Shown piece by piece: positions 10,302 to 20,410 of a stretch of DNA of 64,000 bases (positions are counted from its first letter, which is position 1; the number at the start of each line of letters is the position of its first letter). Under the pieces are notes generated by a model, which did not search any database, was not told the origin of the DNA, and saw only the letters and a program-made list of their open reading frames with translations. This DNA is from Polyangia bacterium (GTDB lineage Bacteria; Myxococcota_A; Polyangia; JAAYKL01). The position numbers and the translations under genes are program-made. Location: contig JBNKCR010000098.1 of the NCBI GenBank assembly GCA_050287845.1, positions 160,001 through 224,000 on the forward strand, read 5' to 3'.

Positions 10302-10385
10302 GAAAAAATAACATGGAAAATATGGCAATCATTTTAATAACGTTGTAATATGGAAATTAGATGACCAGGGAGGAGATGGCTCCAG

Positions 10386-10820
10386 ATGGCGAGACAGCAG
10401 CAATTGAGCGAACAGGACGGAAATCCACTTGCGGAAAGCGGCATATCCACGGTTGCTGCGGACGATTTTTCTGTACTGCTGGTCGATGATTCACCAGTTT
10501 CTTTGAGGGGCATGGTTCGCCTATTAAAAGGGCAATGGGAAATCGATATCGCTACCAGTTCCGATGAAGCGCTTTATATGATAGGTCGAAATGGGTATTC
10601 CGTGGTAGTGACGGATTGCGATATGCCCGGACGGAATGGTCTATGGTTGCTGGAAAAAACCCGTGATGCCACGCCCGAAACCATTCGCGTGCTGGTGAGC
10701 GCCGGCGAACCGGAACGTTTTGCGTCTCATCTGCTTTCTGGCCTGGTTCATATTTTTCTGAGCAAGCCATTGTCCGGCGAATCCCTTCAAAATCTTCTCA
10801 TTGGATTGATGATGAGATAA
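10386..10820 (+). CDS. Single-domain response regulator (REC)
   Basis: VLLVDD, TDCDMP phosphoacceptor, and SA and KP motifs; no output domain. Confidence 0.9.
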   Translation: MARQQQLSEQDGNPLAESGISTVAADDFSVLLVDDSPVSLRGMVRLLKGQWEIDIATSSDEALYMIGRNGYSVVVTDCDMPGRNGLWLLEKTRDATPETIRVLVSAGEPERFASHLLSGLVHIFLSKPLSGESLQNLLIGLMMR

Positions 10821-10961
10821 CCCTCTGAAATTGAAAATTAAAATCAGTATTGTAGCCGTGGGCGCCAGCGGACAACTGAACAAATTTTTTGCCTGGACAT
10901 GAGTTCATGCTATACATGAGAACAGTATTCTGTTCCAATTTTGCAATGCTGGGAGGGAATC

Positions 10962-11366
10962 ATGGCAACACAGGCTTTTAAACCCGAATTGGTCGATTGG
11001 CGTATTTCGCGACGCTGCACCCGAAAAAAAGTGCTTGTCGTCGATGATGATGGATCCGTGTTGCGGGCGCTGAGAAGGTGCTTGACGCAACATTACATTG
11101 TGGAAACCGCCCCCAATGCCGAACAGGCTGCCGTCCGTCTGGCTGCCGGAGATTTTGAAGCCATCATCACGGACTTTGATATGCCGGTCTATGATGGTAT
11201 CTGGCTGCTCGATCAGGTGGCCGTCAATTATCCCGGAATGAACAGAGTTATGATTTCCGCGAGCGATCCGGCGCTGTTCACGGCTCATATTCAATCCGGA
11301 TTGATTCAGCACTATCACATCAAACCCGTTTCATTTGAGGGCATTGTCGAGTCCCTCGGCAACTGA
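10962..11366 (+). CDS. Single-domain response regulator (REC), paralogue of the upstream gene
   Basis: VLVVDD, TDFDMP, SA and KP motifs. ATG 10962 follows a GGAGGG SD. Confidence 0.9.
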   Translation: MATQAFKPELVDWRISRRCTRKKVLVVDDDGSVLRALRRCLTQHYIVETAPNAEQAAVRLAAGDFEAIITDFDMPVYDGIWLLDQVAVNYPGMNRVMISASDPALFTAHIQSGLIQHYHIKPVSFEGIVESLGN

Positions 11367-11369
11367 CAC

Positions 11370-11395
11370 TGCGGTTTCGCACGCCGGAAACCGCA
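11370..11395 (+). terminator. Stem-loop directly after the second REC gene (possible terminator or stability hairpin)
   Basis: tgcggtttc-N8-gaaaccgca, a perfect 9-bp stem; no U-tract. Confidence 0.35.
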
Positions 11396-11478
11396 TGTCC
11401 GGTGACGGAGCCGTGACAATTCTTTGGGCATCATCAGAATCGCTTGCCTGTTCCGGGCTCTCGAAATAGAGTGCGGAC

Positions 11479-12765
11479 ATGAATAGCCGTAGCGACAGCG
11501 AACCGAATATATTGTCCACCAGAGCACAGCGATTCAGCTGGTGTCTTTTTGATTTTGCTAATTCAGCGTTTCCGACGGTGATTATCACCGCCATTTATGT
11601 GATTTACTTCAAGGATGTCGTTGTTGGCAGCGATACTCCCGGCGTGTCTGACCGATTGTGGGGGAATGCCAATTCCATCGGCGCGGCAATTGTATTTTTT
11701 CTGGCACCGATTTTGGGAGCCATTGCCGACTACGCTCATAAAAAAAAGATGTTTTTAATCGGATTTACCCTGCTGTGTGTGGTTTCCACCGCTCTATTAT
11801 CTTTCACCGCAGAGGGAACCGTGGCACTCGCCATGGGTGCATTCATCGCTGCAGTGGTTGGGTTTGAAGCCGCGGTGGTCTTTTACAATGCTTTTCTGCC
11901 TCAACTGGTTCCCAGAGAAAAAATGGAGATGTTGAGTGGAAGCGGATGGGCGCTGGGCTACATTGGTGGATTGGGCTGTTTGCTGCTCTGCCTGCCCATC
12001 GCCCTTGGTAAAACCTGGTTGCATCTGATTCCAATGGTAGTAGCTTCGTGGTTCGCAATTTTTTCGCTCCCGGCTTTTATCATGCTGAAAGAAGTGGCTC
12101 CCGGCGCATCAGTGGGTGCAGCTTCCGCCGTTCGAAAAGGTGTGGCGCAACTTGTCGCAACCCTGACCGAAATCAGGCAGCACGGAAATCTCGTCCGCTT
12201 TCTGCTCGCATTCTTTTTCTACAACAATGCAGTGGCAACCATCATCGTGTTTGCCGTGGCATTTTCAAAGGATTCGCTGGCCTTCACGACAATGCAGAAC
12301 ATTATTCTTGTCATCATCATGAATATTGTTGCGGCGCCCGGCGCATATGGATTCGGTCGTATCGCCAATCGAATAGGTGCCAGACGAACCATAGTGATAA
12401 CACTGGTCATGTGGCTTGTCGTCGTGCTGGGCGCTGAGCTGGCGGCATGGCCGGGATTGTTCAGCGTTTCCGGTGCGCAGACCTGTTTCTGGGGAGTGGC
12501 GGCATTGGCGTCACTCTGCATTGGCGCGACCCAGTCCACCAGTCGTACGTTTGTGGGGCAGATGGCACCCGCAGGGCACAGTGGCGAGTTTTTCGGATTC
12601 ATGGCATTTGCCGGAAAAGGCTCTGCCATCGTGGGCCCCCTGGTTTTCGGTTTGGTGTCTTCCTCATTTGACAGCCAGCGTCTTGCGGTTCTTTCCATTG
12701 GTGGCTTTTTTGCGATTGGTCTGACGCTGATGGGATTTGTGAAAAATCCGGTGCGCCACTTGTAA
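11479..12765 (+). CDS. MFS transporter, Atg22/UMF1 family
   Basis: 428 aa, about 12 TM helices. Motifs WCLFDFANSAF, FYNAFLP, SG.GWALGYIGG and EFFG...GK.SAIVGP. Confidence 0.9.
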   Translation: MNSRSDSEPNILSTRAQRFSWCLFDFANSAFPTVIITAIYVIYFKDVVVGSDTPGVSDRLWGNANSIGAAIVFFLAPILGAIADYAHKKKMFLIGFTLLCVVSTALLSFTAEGTVALAMGAFIAAVVGFEAAVVFYNAFLPQLVPREKMEMLSGSGWALGYIGGLGCLLLCLPIALGKTWLHLIPMVVASWFAIFSLPAFIMLKEVAPGASVGAASAVRKGVAQLVATLTEIRQHGNLVRFLLAFFFYNNAVATIIVFAVAFSKDSLAFTTMQNIILVIIMNIVAAPGAYGFGRIANRIGARRTIVITLVMWLVVVLGAELAAWPGLFSVSGAQTCFWGVAALASLCIGATQSTSRTFVGQMAPAGHSGEFFGFMAFAGKGSAIVGPLVFGLVSSSFDSQRLAVLSIGGFFAIGLTLMGFVKNPVRHL

Positions 12766-12870
12766 TTCGATTCGAAATGCGTATATGAATGGCTCGATTA
12801 TCGGCGGATGGTCCCTCTGGTCCACCCGGGTTGCAACCATCCGCGGCGCAAGGGCAAACAGCGAGAATTC

Positions 12871-14127
12871 ATGACAGAAACGACATCTCAGAGTCGATAT
12901 TTAAAATCGCTATACTTCTTTGTATTTGTGGCCTCAGGGTTTGTTACCCCGTTCGCCACCGTGTTTTTTAAACATGCACTCGTCCGCCCCGATGGCAGCA
13001 CTGCAGATGATTTAATCGGTTGGATTTATTTTTTCATGCCCCTCGCAGGTGTTGTTGCGAATATTCCGACGGGAATTCTCGCGGACAAGTTGCAACTCGG
13101 CAGACATCTGGTTACTTTTTTCTGTTTTGCAGTGGCGCTGTTCACATTGCTCACAGGACTTTCGGGAAGTGAACTGACAGCATCACTGCCGTTGCACGTG
13201 AAGTTTCTTTTCATGTTTGTGGCTGTCCTTGCATACTATATTTTTTCGATGCCGCTCGTTCCCACTGTGGATGGCGAGACAATGATTCATCTCAACCGAA
13301 TCGGTGAACAGAAATCTTACGGAGTATACCGGGTGTTCGGAACACTGGGCTGGAGTGTTGCCTGTATTATTATGGGGTTGATACTTCAGGTGTTCTATCA
13401 TCTTTCCGTTATCTATTACGCGAGTTCAGTCGCGTTTCTGCTTCTTGGGGTGGTTTCGTATCGGGGATTGCGGTTCAGGAAAAAGCCGGTGCCGGTTCGG
13501 ATTCCATGGGAGCACCTCAGAAAAGACAGTCTGTTCGTCTGGTTTCTGGTTTTCTCTCTGTTCAACGGCGTGATGTGGGCCGCTTCCTTCATATACACCA
13601 GTTATTTTTTTGATGATGTGCTTGAAAGTCCGTTTGAGATGGGGCTGGTATTTGGCACGTGGACCATTTTCGAGATTCCGATCATGATTTTCTCCAGACA
13701 GCTGATTCAGCGGTTCGGCAACCGGTGGTTGATCGTTGCCGGGCTTGCAATGAATGGAATCCGACTGGTACTCTTTTCGATGTTCACACTTGAAACCTCG
13801 TTCTGGTGGAAGTGGTCCGCCGCATCCCTGCAGGGTGCCGGGTTCGGATTGCTGCATCTGGGAACCATCGATTTCATCGACCGTCAGTCACACCGCAACA
13901 TGAAATCAACGTACATGAATCTCGCCAGCCTGGTGCGGATTACGATCGCATCCGCAATCGGGGGAAAACTCGGCGCATGGGTGATTTCGACATATGGTTC
14001 TGAAAAGCTGATGATGCTCACCGGCGTCGGATCGATTCTGCTGATCTTCTTTTTCGGTATATTTGTTCGAGGCCACGGACCGGATGGCCAGACCCGATAT
14101 CGTCGCCTGCGTTTGCGTAGAGTCTGA
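12871..14127 (+). CDS. MFS transporter (MFS_1-like / nucleoside:H+ symporter-like)
   Basis: About 12 TM helices with GILADK, YG.YR.FGTLGW and EIPIM motifs. Start uncertain (12808 or 12871). Confidence 0.85.
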   Translation: MTETTSQSRYLKSLYFFVFVASGFVTPFATVFFKHALVRPDGSTADDLIGWIYFFMPLAGVVANIPTGILADKLQLGRHLVTFFCFAVALFTLLTGLSGSELTASLPLHVKFLFMFVAVLAYYIFSMPLVPTVDGETMIHLNRIGEQKSYGVYRVFGTLGWSVACIIMGLILQVFYHLSVIYYASSVAFLLLGVVSYRGLRFRKKPVPVRIPWEHLRKDSLFVWFLVFSLFNGVMWAASFIYTSYFFDDVLESPFEMGLVFGTWTIFEIPIMIFSRQLIQRFGNRWLIVAGLAMNGIRLVLFSMFTLETSFWWKWSAASLQGAGFGLLHLGTIDFIDRQSHRNMKSTYMNLASLVRITIASAIGGKLGAWVISTYGSEKLMMLTGVGSILLIFFFGIFVRGHGPDGQTRYRRLRLRRV

Positions 14128-14140
14128 ACATCTGCCGCGT

Positions 14141-14170
14141 AAAATGGTGCCGGTGAAGCACCTTCATTTT
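14141..14170 (+). terminator. Possible intrinsic terminator after the MFS pair
   Basis: ggtgc-N7-gcacc stem followed by ttcatttt; the stem is short. Confidence 0.3.
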
Positions 14171-14345
14171 CAAATTGATGATGTCATCGAGAAGGCAAAA
14201 AGGCGGTAGACCTGCTGGACACATCCCATGTTCTGGTTAACTTGGTAACAGAGTTACAATTCCACGTTGCATATACCCCGGCAAATGGAAATGGGCTGTT
14301 ATCGTTCAACAGTCCACAAAACTACCAGAAAAATAAGGAGGAGCT

Positions 14346-15485
14346 ATGGCCGCTGCACAAAAGAAGACCCCTGTGAGAGGTTTGGAAGGCGTTGTTGCCG
14401 GCGATACCGAGATCAGTTATGTGGATGGAGAAAACGGCGAATTGTATTATCGCGGTTTTCATCTCGGTGAGTTGGCCGGCAAAGTGTCTTATGAAGAGTT
14501 GGTCTATCTGTTATGGTACGGAAAACTTCCTAATGCGAAAGAACTGGAAGCTTTTGCATCATTTTTAATGAACAACATGAAATTACCGGTTGAAGTTCTG
14601 GAGTTGATTCATCTGGCGCCTCCCAATACGAATCCCATGGTGCTGCTGCGTACCTGTGTATCCGCACTTGGCATGTTTGACCCGGATGGCGGTAAAATCA
14701 GTGATGAGGCGAACAATCGAAAATCGGTGCGCATATTGGCTCAGGTGGCAGCGCTGGTGGCAGCGATTCATCGGATTGACTGTGATGAGAAAGTCATATC
14801 GCCATCTGCCAGAATGGGATTTGCCGAAAACTTTCTATACATGTTCACCGGAAAAAAGCCAAATAAGCTTGATATTCAAGTGTTTGACTGTCTGTTGGTG
14901 CTGCACGCAGACCATGGACTGGCTGCATCGTCATTTGCAGCCCGGGTGACGGTAAGTACATTGGCCGGTATGCATTCCGCAATTACCACTGCGCTTGGAA
15001 CACTCAAGGGGAGGCTTCACGGCGGGGCCAATACCCGGGTCATGCAAATGCTTGAAGAAATTGATAGCCCTGGTTCGGTGAAGAGATATATCAGCACCAT
15101 GCTTTCAGATGGGAAAAAAGTAATGGGGTTCGGTCATCGAATGTATAAGGTGGAAGATCCCAGAAGTCGCCATCTGCGAAAATATGCTCAAAAATTGTCT
15201 TCCCGTCCCGGAGTGGCCAACCTATTTGAAATTGGGCGGAAAATTGAAGAACAGGTTCTCGACGCAAAAGGAATATATCCCAATATCGACTTTTATTCCG
15301 CCATGGTGCAGCATGCTCTGGGACTTCCCAAAGAGTATTTCACGTGCATCTTCGCTGTGTCCCGAACTGCCGGATGGATTGCCCATGTGAGGGAACAGTT
15401 TGCCGACAACCGGCTTATTCGTCCCACTTCCCGTTATATTGGTGGGTATGGTCACAAGTTTAACCCCATCGATCAACGGAAATAA
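14346..15485 (+). CDS. Citrate synthase / 2-methylcitrate synthase family (short form)
   Basis: GLEGVVAG, HADH, LHGGAN, MGFGHR.YK..DPR, PNIDFY and LIRP motifs, with a strong AGGAGG SD. Confidence 0.95.
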   Translation: MAAAQKKTPVRGLEGVVAGDTEISYVDGENGELYYRGFHLGELAGKVSYEELVYLLWYGKLPNAKELEAFASFLMNNMKLPVEVLELIHLAPPNTNPMVLLRTCVSALGMFDPDGGKISDEANNRKSVRILAQVAALVAAIHRIDCDEKVISPSARMGFAENFLYMFTGKKPNKLDIQVFDCLLVLHADHGLAASSFAARVTVSTLAGMHSAITTALGTLKGRLHGGANTRVMQMLEEIDSPGSVKRYISTMLSDGKKVMGFGHRMYKVEDPRSRHLRKYAQKLSSRPGVANLFEIGRKIEEQVLDAKGIYPNIDFYSAMVQHALGLPKEYFTCIFAVSRTAGWIAHVREQFADNRLIRPTSRYIGGYGHKFNPIDQRK

Positions 15486-15572
15486 ACAGCGTTGATTGCA
15501 ATTGCGATTTGGTGGACGTCTATCAATCAATAACGGGAAAAATTGGAGGCGAAGGTTAAATGCGGCGATGGG

Positions 15573-16730
<1,158 letters not shown>

Positions 16731-16996
16731 TTGGTTATCCTCCCTTTTGTGAGTGCCAGCCACTGTGTCTGCAAAATTTCAATGCTGACGCACAACCGAT
16801 GACAGATTGATCAAGCTGCCATCGGAGTTTCCCAAGGAAGTACTGACTAGTTGTGAAACAGGGTTCAATTTTTTTCTGTTTATCAACTGGGAAAAAAGTA
16901 AACGTGCTGTTGTATTATTTCATTATTTTATTCACATGATAATCGGGTAATCTATGGAAGATGCCACATACGGAATCTGATTGTTGGTCGGCAAAA

Positions 16997-17599
16997 TTAT
17001 TTTTTGAAAGAGAGTGGTGGTTCGGTGCCGTTCATCAGTCTTCGAATGTTATCCCGATGAGTCCATAAACCACTGAGTACAAGGACAGTGCAAACCAGCC
17101 CAACCTGCGGCGACGATACCAGAAACGCAGTGGTCGTGGCGCATATCAGAAATGACAGCGAACCCACAGACACCCGTCTGGAAAGGCTGACGAGAATGAG
17201 CAAACCAATGAGACCGGTTAACGCCCCTGCAGGACAAATCGCCAGAATGATACCGATGGATACCGCGATCCCTTTGCCTCCTTTGAACCGGTGAAAAACG
17301 GGAAACAGGTTTCCGAATAACAACGGAACCGCCATGAATGGCCAGTATATATTCATTGAAATATTCATGCATATCCACAGCACTGACCAACCGCGCGCAA
17401 TATCCAGAAAGAGAACCGTAAACGCTATTTTTTTATTGCCCATGCGTAACAGATTGGTAAAGCCGGCGTTGCCTGAGCCATTTTCACGTAAATCCTGTTT
17501 CATGAAAATACGTGCTGCGATGAGCGAAAAATTAACCGCGCCCAAAAGGTAGCAAACAGTATAGACGGTGAAAATCAGGACGGGTAGGGGAAGAGCCAC
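16997..17599 (-). CDS. plsY: Glycerol-3-phosphate acyltransferase PlsY
   Basis: GSGN.G.TN, FKGGKGIA and HRDNIRRL..GTE motifs; multi-TM protein. Confidence 0.92.
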   Translation of the reverse strand: MALPLPVLIFTVYTVCYLLGAVNFSLIAARIFMKQDLRENGSGNAGFTNLLRMGNKKIAFTVLFLDIARGWSVLWICMNISMNIYWPFMAVPLLFGNLFPVFHRFKGGKGIAVSIGIILAICPAGALTGLIGLLILVSLSRRVSVGSLSFLICATTTAFLVSSPQVGLVCTVLVLSGLWTHRDNIRRLMNGTEPPLSFKK

Positions 17600-17602
17600 G
17601 AC

Positions 17603-18232
17603 TTACCGAAGCTGATCTTCCGCCCAGTCGAGAATCTGGGAGGAACGGGTGATTTCTGTTGAAGGGAAATTCAGTTTGGCCACATCAATAATGGGGGTGG
17701 AACGAAAGCTGGCATCCACCAGATTTTTAATTCGCTTTATCAGCAGGTTGGTATTGTTGTCGGTGGCATGTGGCAGAATCAGCATGATACGATGACGAAA
17801 AGTGAATACCATATCGCTGGTGCGCAGTCGTTCCCGTAAAACATCTAACAGTGCATCGTACTGAGAATTGCGAATCTGATGCGAAAGCTTGATGGCAACC
17901 ATCGAAAATTTCTCACCATAACGCTTTGTTCGCGAAAGTTGCTCCGAAATGCGACCACGCAAGAACTTTCCTTCCAGGAGCCGAACGCCGGTGGATTCGG
18001 TTTCCATCGCTGCGTGACAGATAGTGATCAAATCTTCAATGGTCAGTTTGCGATCGGCAATCAGGCGTTCGCAGAAGCCAAGGATATGATGCACCAGCTC
18101 CGCAGCGAGCGCTCCCTGGGTCGTGACGGCTGTATAAGTCATTTGTGCCGCAATTTCTGAGTCCAGATTCGCACCGATCATTGTGATGTCTCTGAGTCTT
18201 TGTCTTTCCAGGATGGTTTTTTCGTCAGTCAT
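17603..18232 (-). CDS. Degenerate GGDEF-like domain protein
   Basis: 'RISEQLSRTKRYGEKFSMVAI...LRTSDMVF...MLILPH' follows the GGDEF fold pattern, but the GGDEF motif is absent. ATG 18232 follows AGGAG. Confidence 0.6.
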   Translation of the reverse strand: MTDEKTILERQRLRDITMIGANLDSEIAAQMTYTAVTTQGALAAELVHHILGFCERLIADRKLTIEDLITICHAAMETESTGVRLLEGKFLRGRISEQLSRTKRYGEKFSMVAIKLSHQIRNSQYDALLDVLRERLRTSDMVFTFRHRIMLILPHATDNNTNLLIKRIKNLVDASFRSTPIIDVAKLNFPSTEITRSSQILDWAEDQLR

Positions 18233-18375
18233 AGGGGCTCCTGTCACGGGCAATCGGTTCAACGGAATACTTTAAAATGAATCCGGTTGAAAATAAAGTT
18301 GATTTTCGTTTACTTCTATGCGGAGTAAGTTCGATAGGTTGCGTTTCAATAAAGGACAACAAGGGAGAATACAAA

Positions 18376-18906
18376 TTGGCGAGAATACCGGTGATTGCTG
18401 TAGTCGGCGCTGGCAGCGCCACGGAGGAAGTATTGGAAATCGCCAAATCCGTTGGTGAAGCGATTTCGGAACGCGGGTTTCACCTTGTCTGTGGCGGTAA
18501 ACAGGGGGTCATGGCGGCAGTCTGTCAGGGGTTCCGCTTTGCCCGAAACGAACTGAACACCACGCGGGCGCTGGCTATTGGCGTGTTGCCTGAGGAAACC
18601 CCAGATTTTGCCAACGAGTTTGTGGATCTCGCATTGCCAACAGGAATCGGAATTGCCCGCAACGCGCTGATCATACGGATGGCGGACGGGATCGTATCGG
18701 TGGGTGGGGGGAGTGGAACCCTCAGTGAACTGGCGTATGCCTGGCAAATGAAAAAGCCGATTGCCGCTATGGTTACCTCCGGTGGCTGGAGTTCCCGTTT
18801 GGCGGGGGAGCGGATAGACGACAGTAGAGCGGAACCCATTTTTTCGGCCGTCAGCGCTCACGAAGCATTGGCATATCTGATAGCCCGGATGGATGGGACG
18901 GAATGA
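18376..18906 (+). CDS. TIGR00725 / LOG-family Rossmann-fold nucleotide-binding protein
   Basis: IAVVG, CGG..GVM.A, ARN and GGGSGTLSE motifs. TTG start follows GGGAG; ATGA overlap with tilS. Confidence 0.88.
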   Translation: MARIPVIAVVGAGSATEEVLEIAKSVGEAISERGFHLVCGGKQGVMAAVCQGFRFARNELNTTRALAIGVLPEETPDFANEFVDLALPTGIGIARNALIIRMADGIVSVGGGSGTLSELAYAWQMKKPIAAMVTSGGWSSRLAGERIDDSRAEPIFSAVSAHEALAYLIARMDGTE

Positions 18907-20279
18907 CCTCCAGGGACCTCGCCACTGTTATAAAAAATGTTCTTTGCAGATTCTGTTCTCTGGATGCACAGTTGCTCGTTGCAGTATCCGGTGGATCGGA
19001 CTCTCTTAGTCTTTTGCATCTGGTCGCGATGGTGTGGCCTCGACATCAGGTGAAAGTGGCTTTCGTCGATCATGGTCTGCGTCATGGTGTGGATGCCGAA
19101 TGGGCGCTTGTGAAATCACAATGCGATGAGTTGGGTGTTGTCTCCGAACGATTGTTCATTATTGAGGAATTCACAAAGACCAGCGATGGTGATGGCCTTC
19201 AGCAGTGGGCCAGGGACAGGCGATATCAATTGTTGGCAGATGCTGCAAAGCGGTTTGCCTGCGGATTGATTTTAACCGGGCACACCATGGATGATCAGGC
19301 TGAAACGGTACTGTTGCGATTGTTGCGCGGTACCGGACTGGATGGGTTGGGCGCCATTCCAATATCCCGAAAGATGCCCGGCGGAGTCACCATTGTCCGG
19401 CCGATGCTGGAGTTGCAGCGTCAGCAGCTCAGAGATTGGCTGACATCCCGGTCAATTCCATGGGTGGATGATCCCAGCAACGTGAACGTGCGATTTGCCC
19501 GGGTACAAGCTCGAAATCTGATGCCGGAGTTGATTCGGAGCAATCCGAGAATTCGGGAACATTTAAGTGCGCTGGCCGAGGAAGCCAGGGATGTCACCCA
19601 TTGGATTGATGATGTTATCAGCGAGCGGTTGATAATGAAACCGTTACGCATTGCGGGGGGGTACAGAATTGATAACGATGTTTTAAGGGAGATTCCTGTT
19701 TCGATTCATGGTCGTTTGGTTCGCCATGCCCTGCAGGTGACATCAGGAGATTTGCGACGATTTGAGCGGACCCATATTGCTGCAATCATCTCCGGAATCA
19801 ATATGCCGGGGCGAAGCAGAAAGTATGTGCTTCCCGGAGAAATTCAGGTCTGGACTGCATACGGGAGTCTGTATGTTTTCAATCAAACAATCCCGAATAA
19901 TATTTTTGCGGCACAAAAACTGGAGAATCCGACATCCAACATATGGCGGGGAGATCATGGGGAGATGCGGGTGAGCATTAAGATAACGGTCTCCACGGAC
20001 GTTACAGATAGCGGGCAGACTGGCAATATATCCGACTGGATGATACGACCACTGCAGGTGGGAGACAGAATTTGGGGCAGCGAACGGAAGGCGATGCGTT
20101 TGCTGGTAAAAAAACGCATACCGGTAATGTATCGCCCGACTGTGCCTGCACTGGCAACGCCATCCGGGGAGATAATATCCATTCCCGGCATCTTGAATTC
20201 TCGAATATCGGGATTACGTATGGAATGGCATTTGCATGATAATTGCGTTTTGAAAGATTTGGGACGCTTTCAGGAGTAA
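18903..20279 (+). CDS. tilS: tRNA(Ile)-lysidine synthetase
   Basis: PP-loop SGGSDS, DHGLR, H..DDQAETVLLRLLRG and DDPSN motifs; lies upstream of ftsH. Confidence 0.95.
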   Translation: MTSRDLATVIKNVLCRFCSLDAQLLVAVSGGSDSLSLLHLVAMVWPRHQVKVAFVDHGLRHGVDAEWALVKSQCDELGVVSERLFIIEEFTKTSDGDGLQQWARDRRYQLLADAAKRFACGLILTGHTMDDQAETVLLRLLRGTGLDGLGAIPISRKMPGGVTIVRPMLELQRQQLRDWLTSRSIPWVDDPSNVNVRFARVQARNLMPELIRSNPRIREHLSALAEEARDVTHWIDDVISERLIMKPLRIAGGYRIDNDVLREIPVSIHGRLVRHALQVTSGDLRRFERTHIAAIISGINMPGRSRKYVLPGEIQVWTAYGSLYVFNQTIPNNIFAAQKLENPTSNIWRGDHGEMRVSIKITVSTDVTDSGQTGNISDWMIRPLQVGDRIWGSERKAMRLLVKKRIPVMYRPTVPALATPSGEIISIPGILNSRISGLRMEWHLHDNCVLKDLGRFQE

Positions 20280-20410
20280 TTGGGCTTATAATGAATTGTA
20301 AAGGGCGAGAAGCCATGTTAAACATTCGCGAAAAATTTTAACTTGCTTGGGATTCGTCCGACGTACAAAGAAGAACGGCGAGAATCGTCACAGAGGAACA
20401 GAGAGATATC

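Noticed and set aside
14900..14945. Citrate synthase HADHGLAASSF in place of the usual H..H..NASTF
   Set aside because: The catalytic His/His/Asp motifs are intact. One substitution does not justify a new function.
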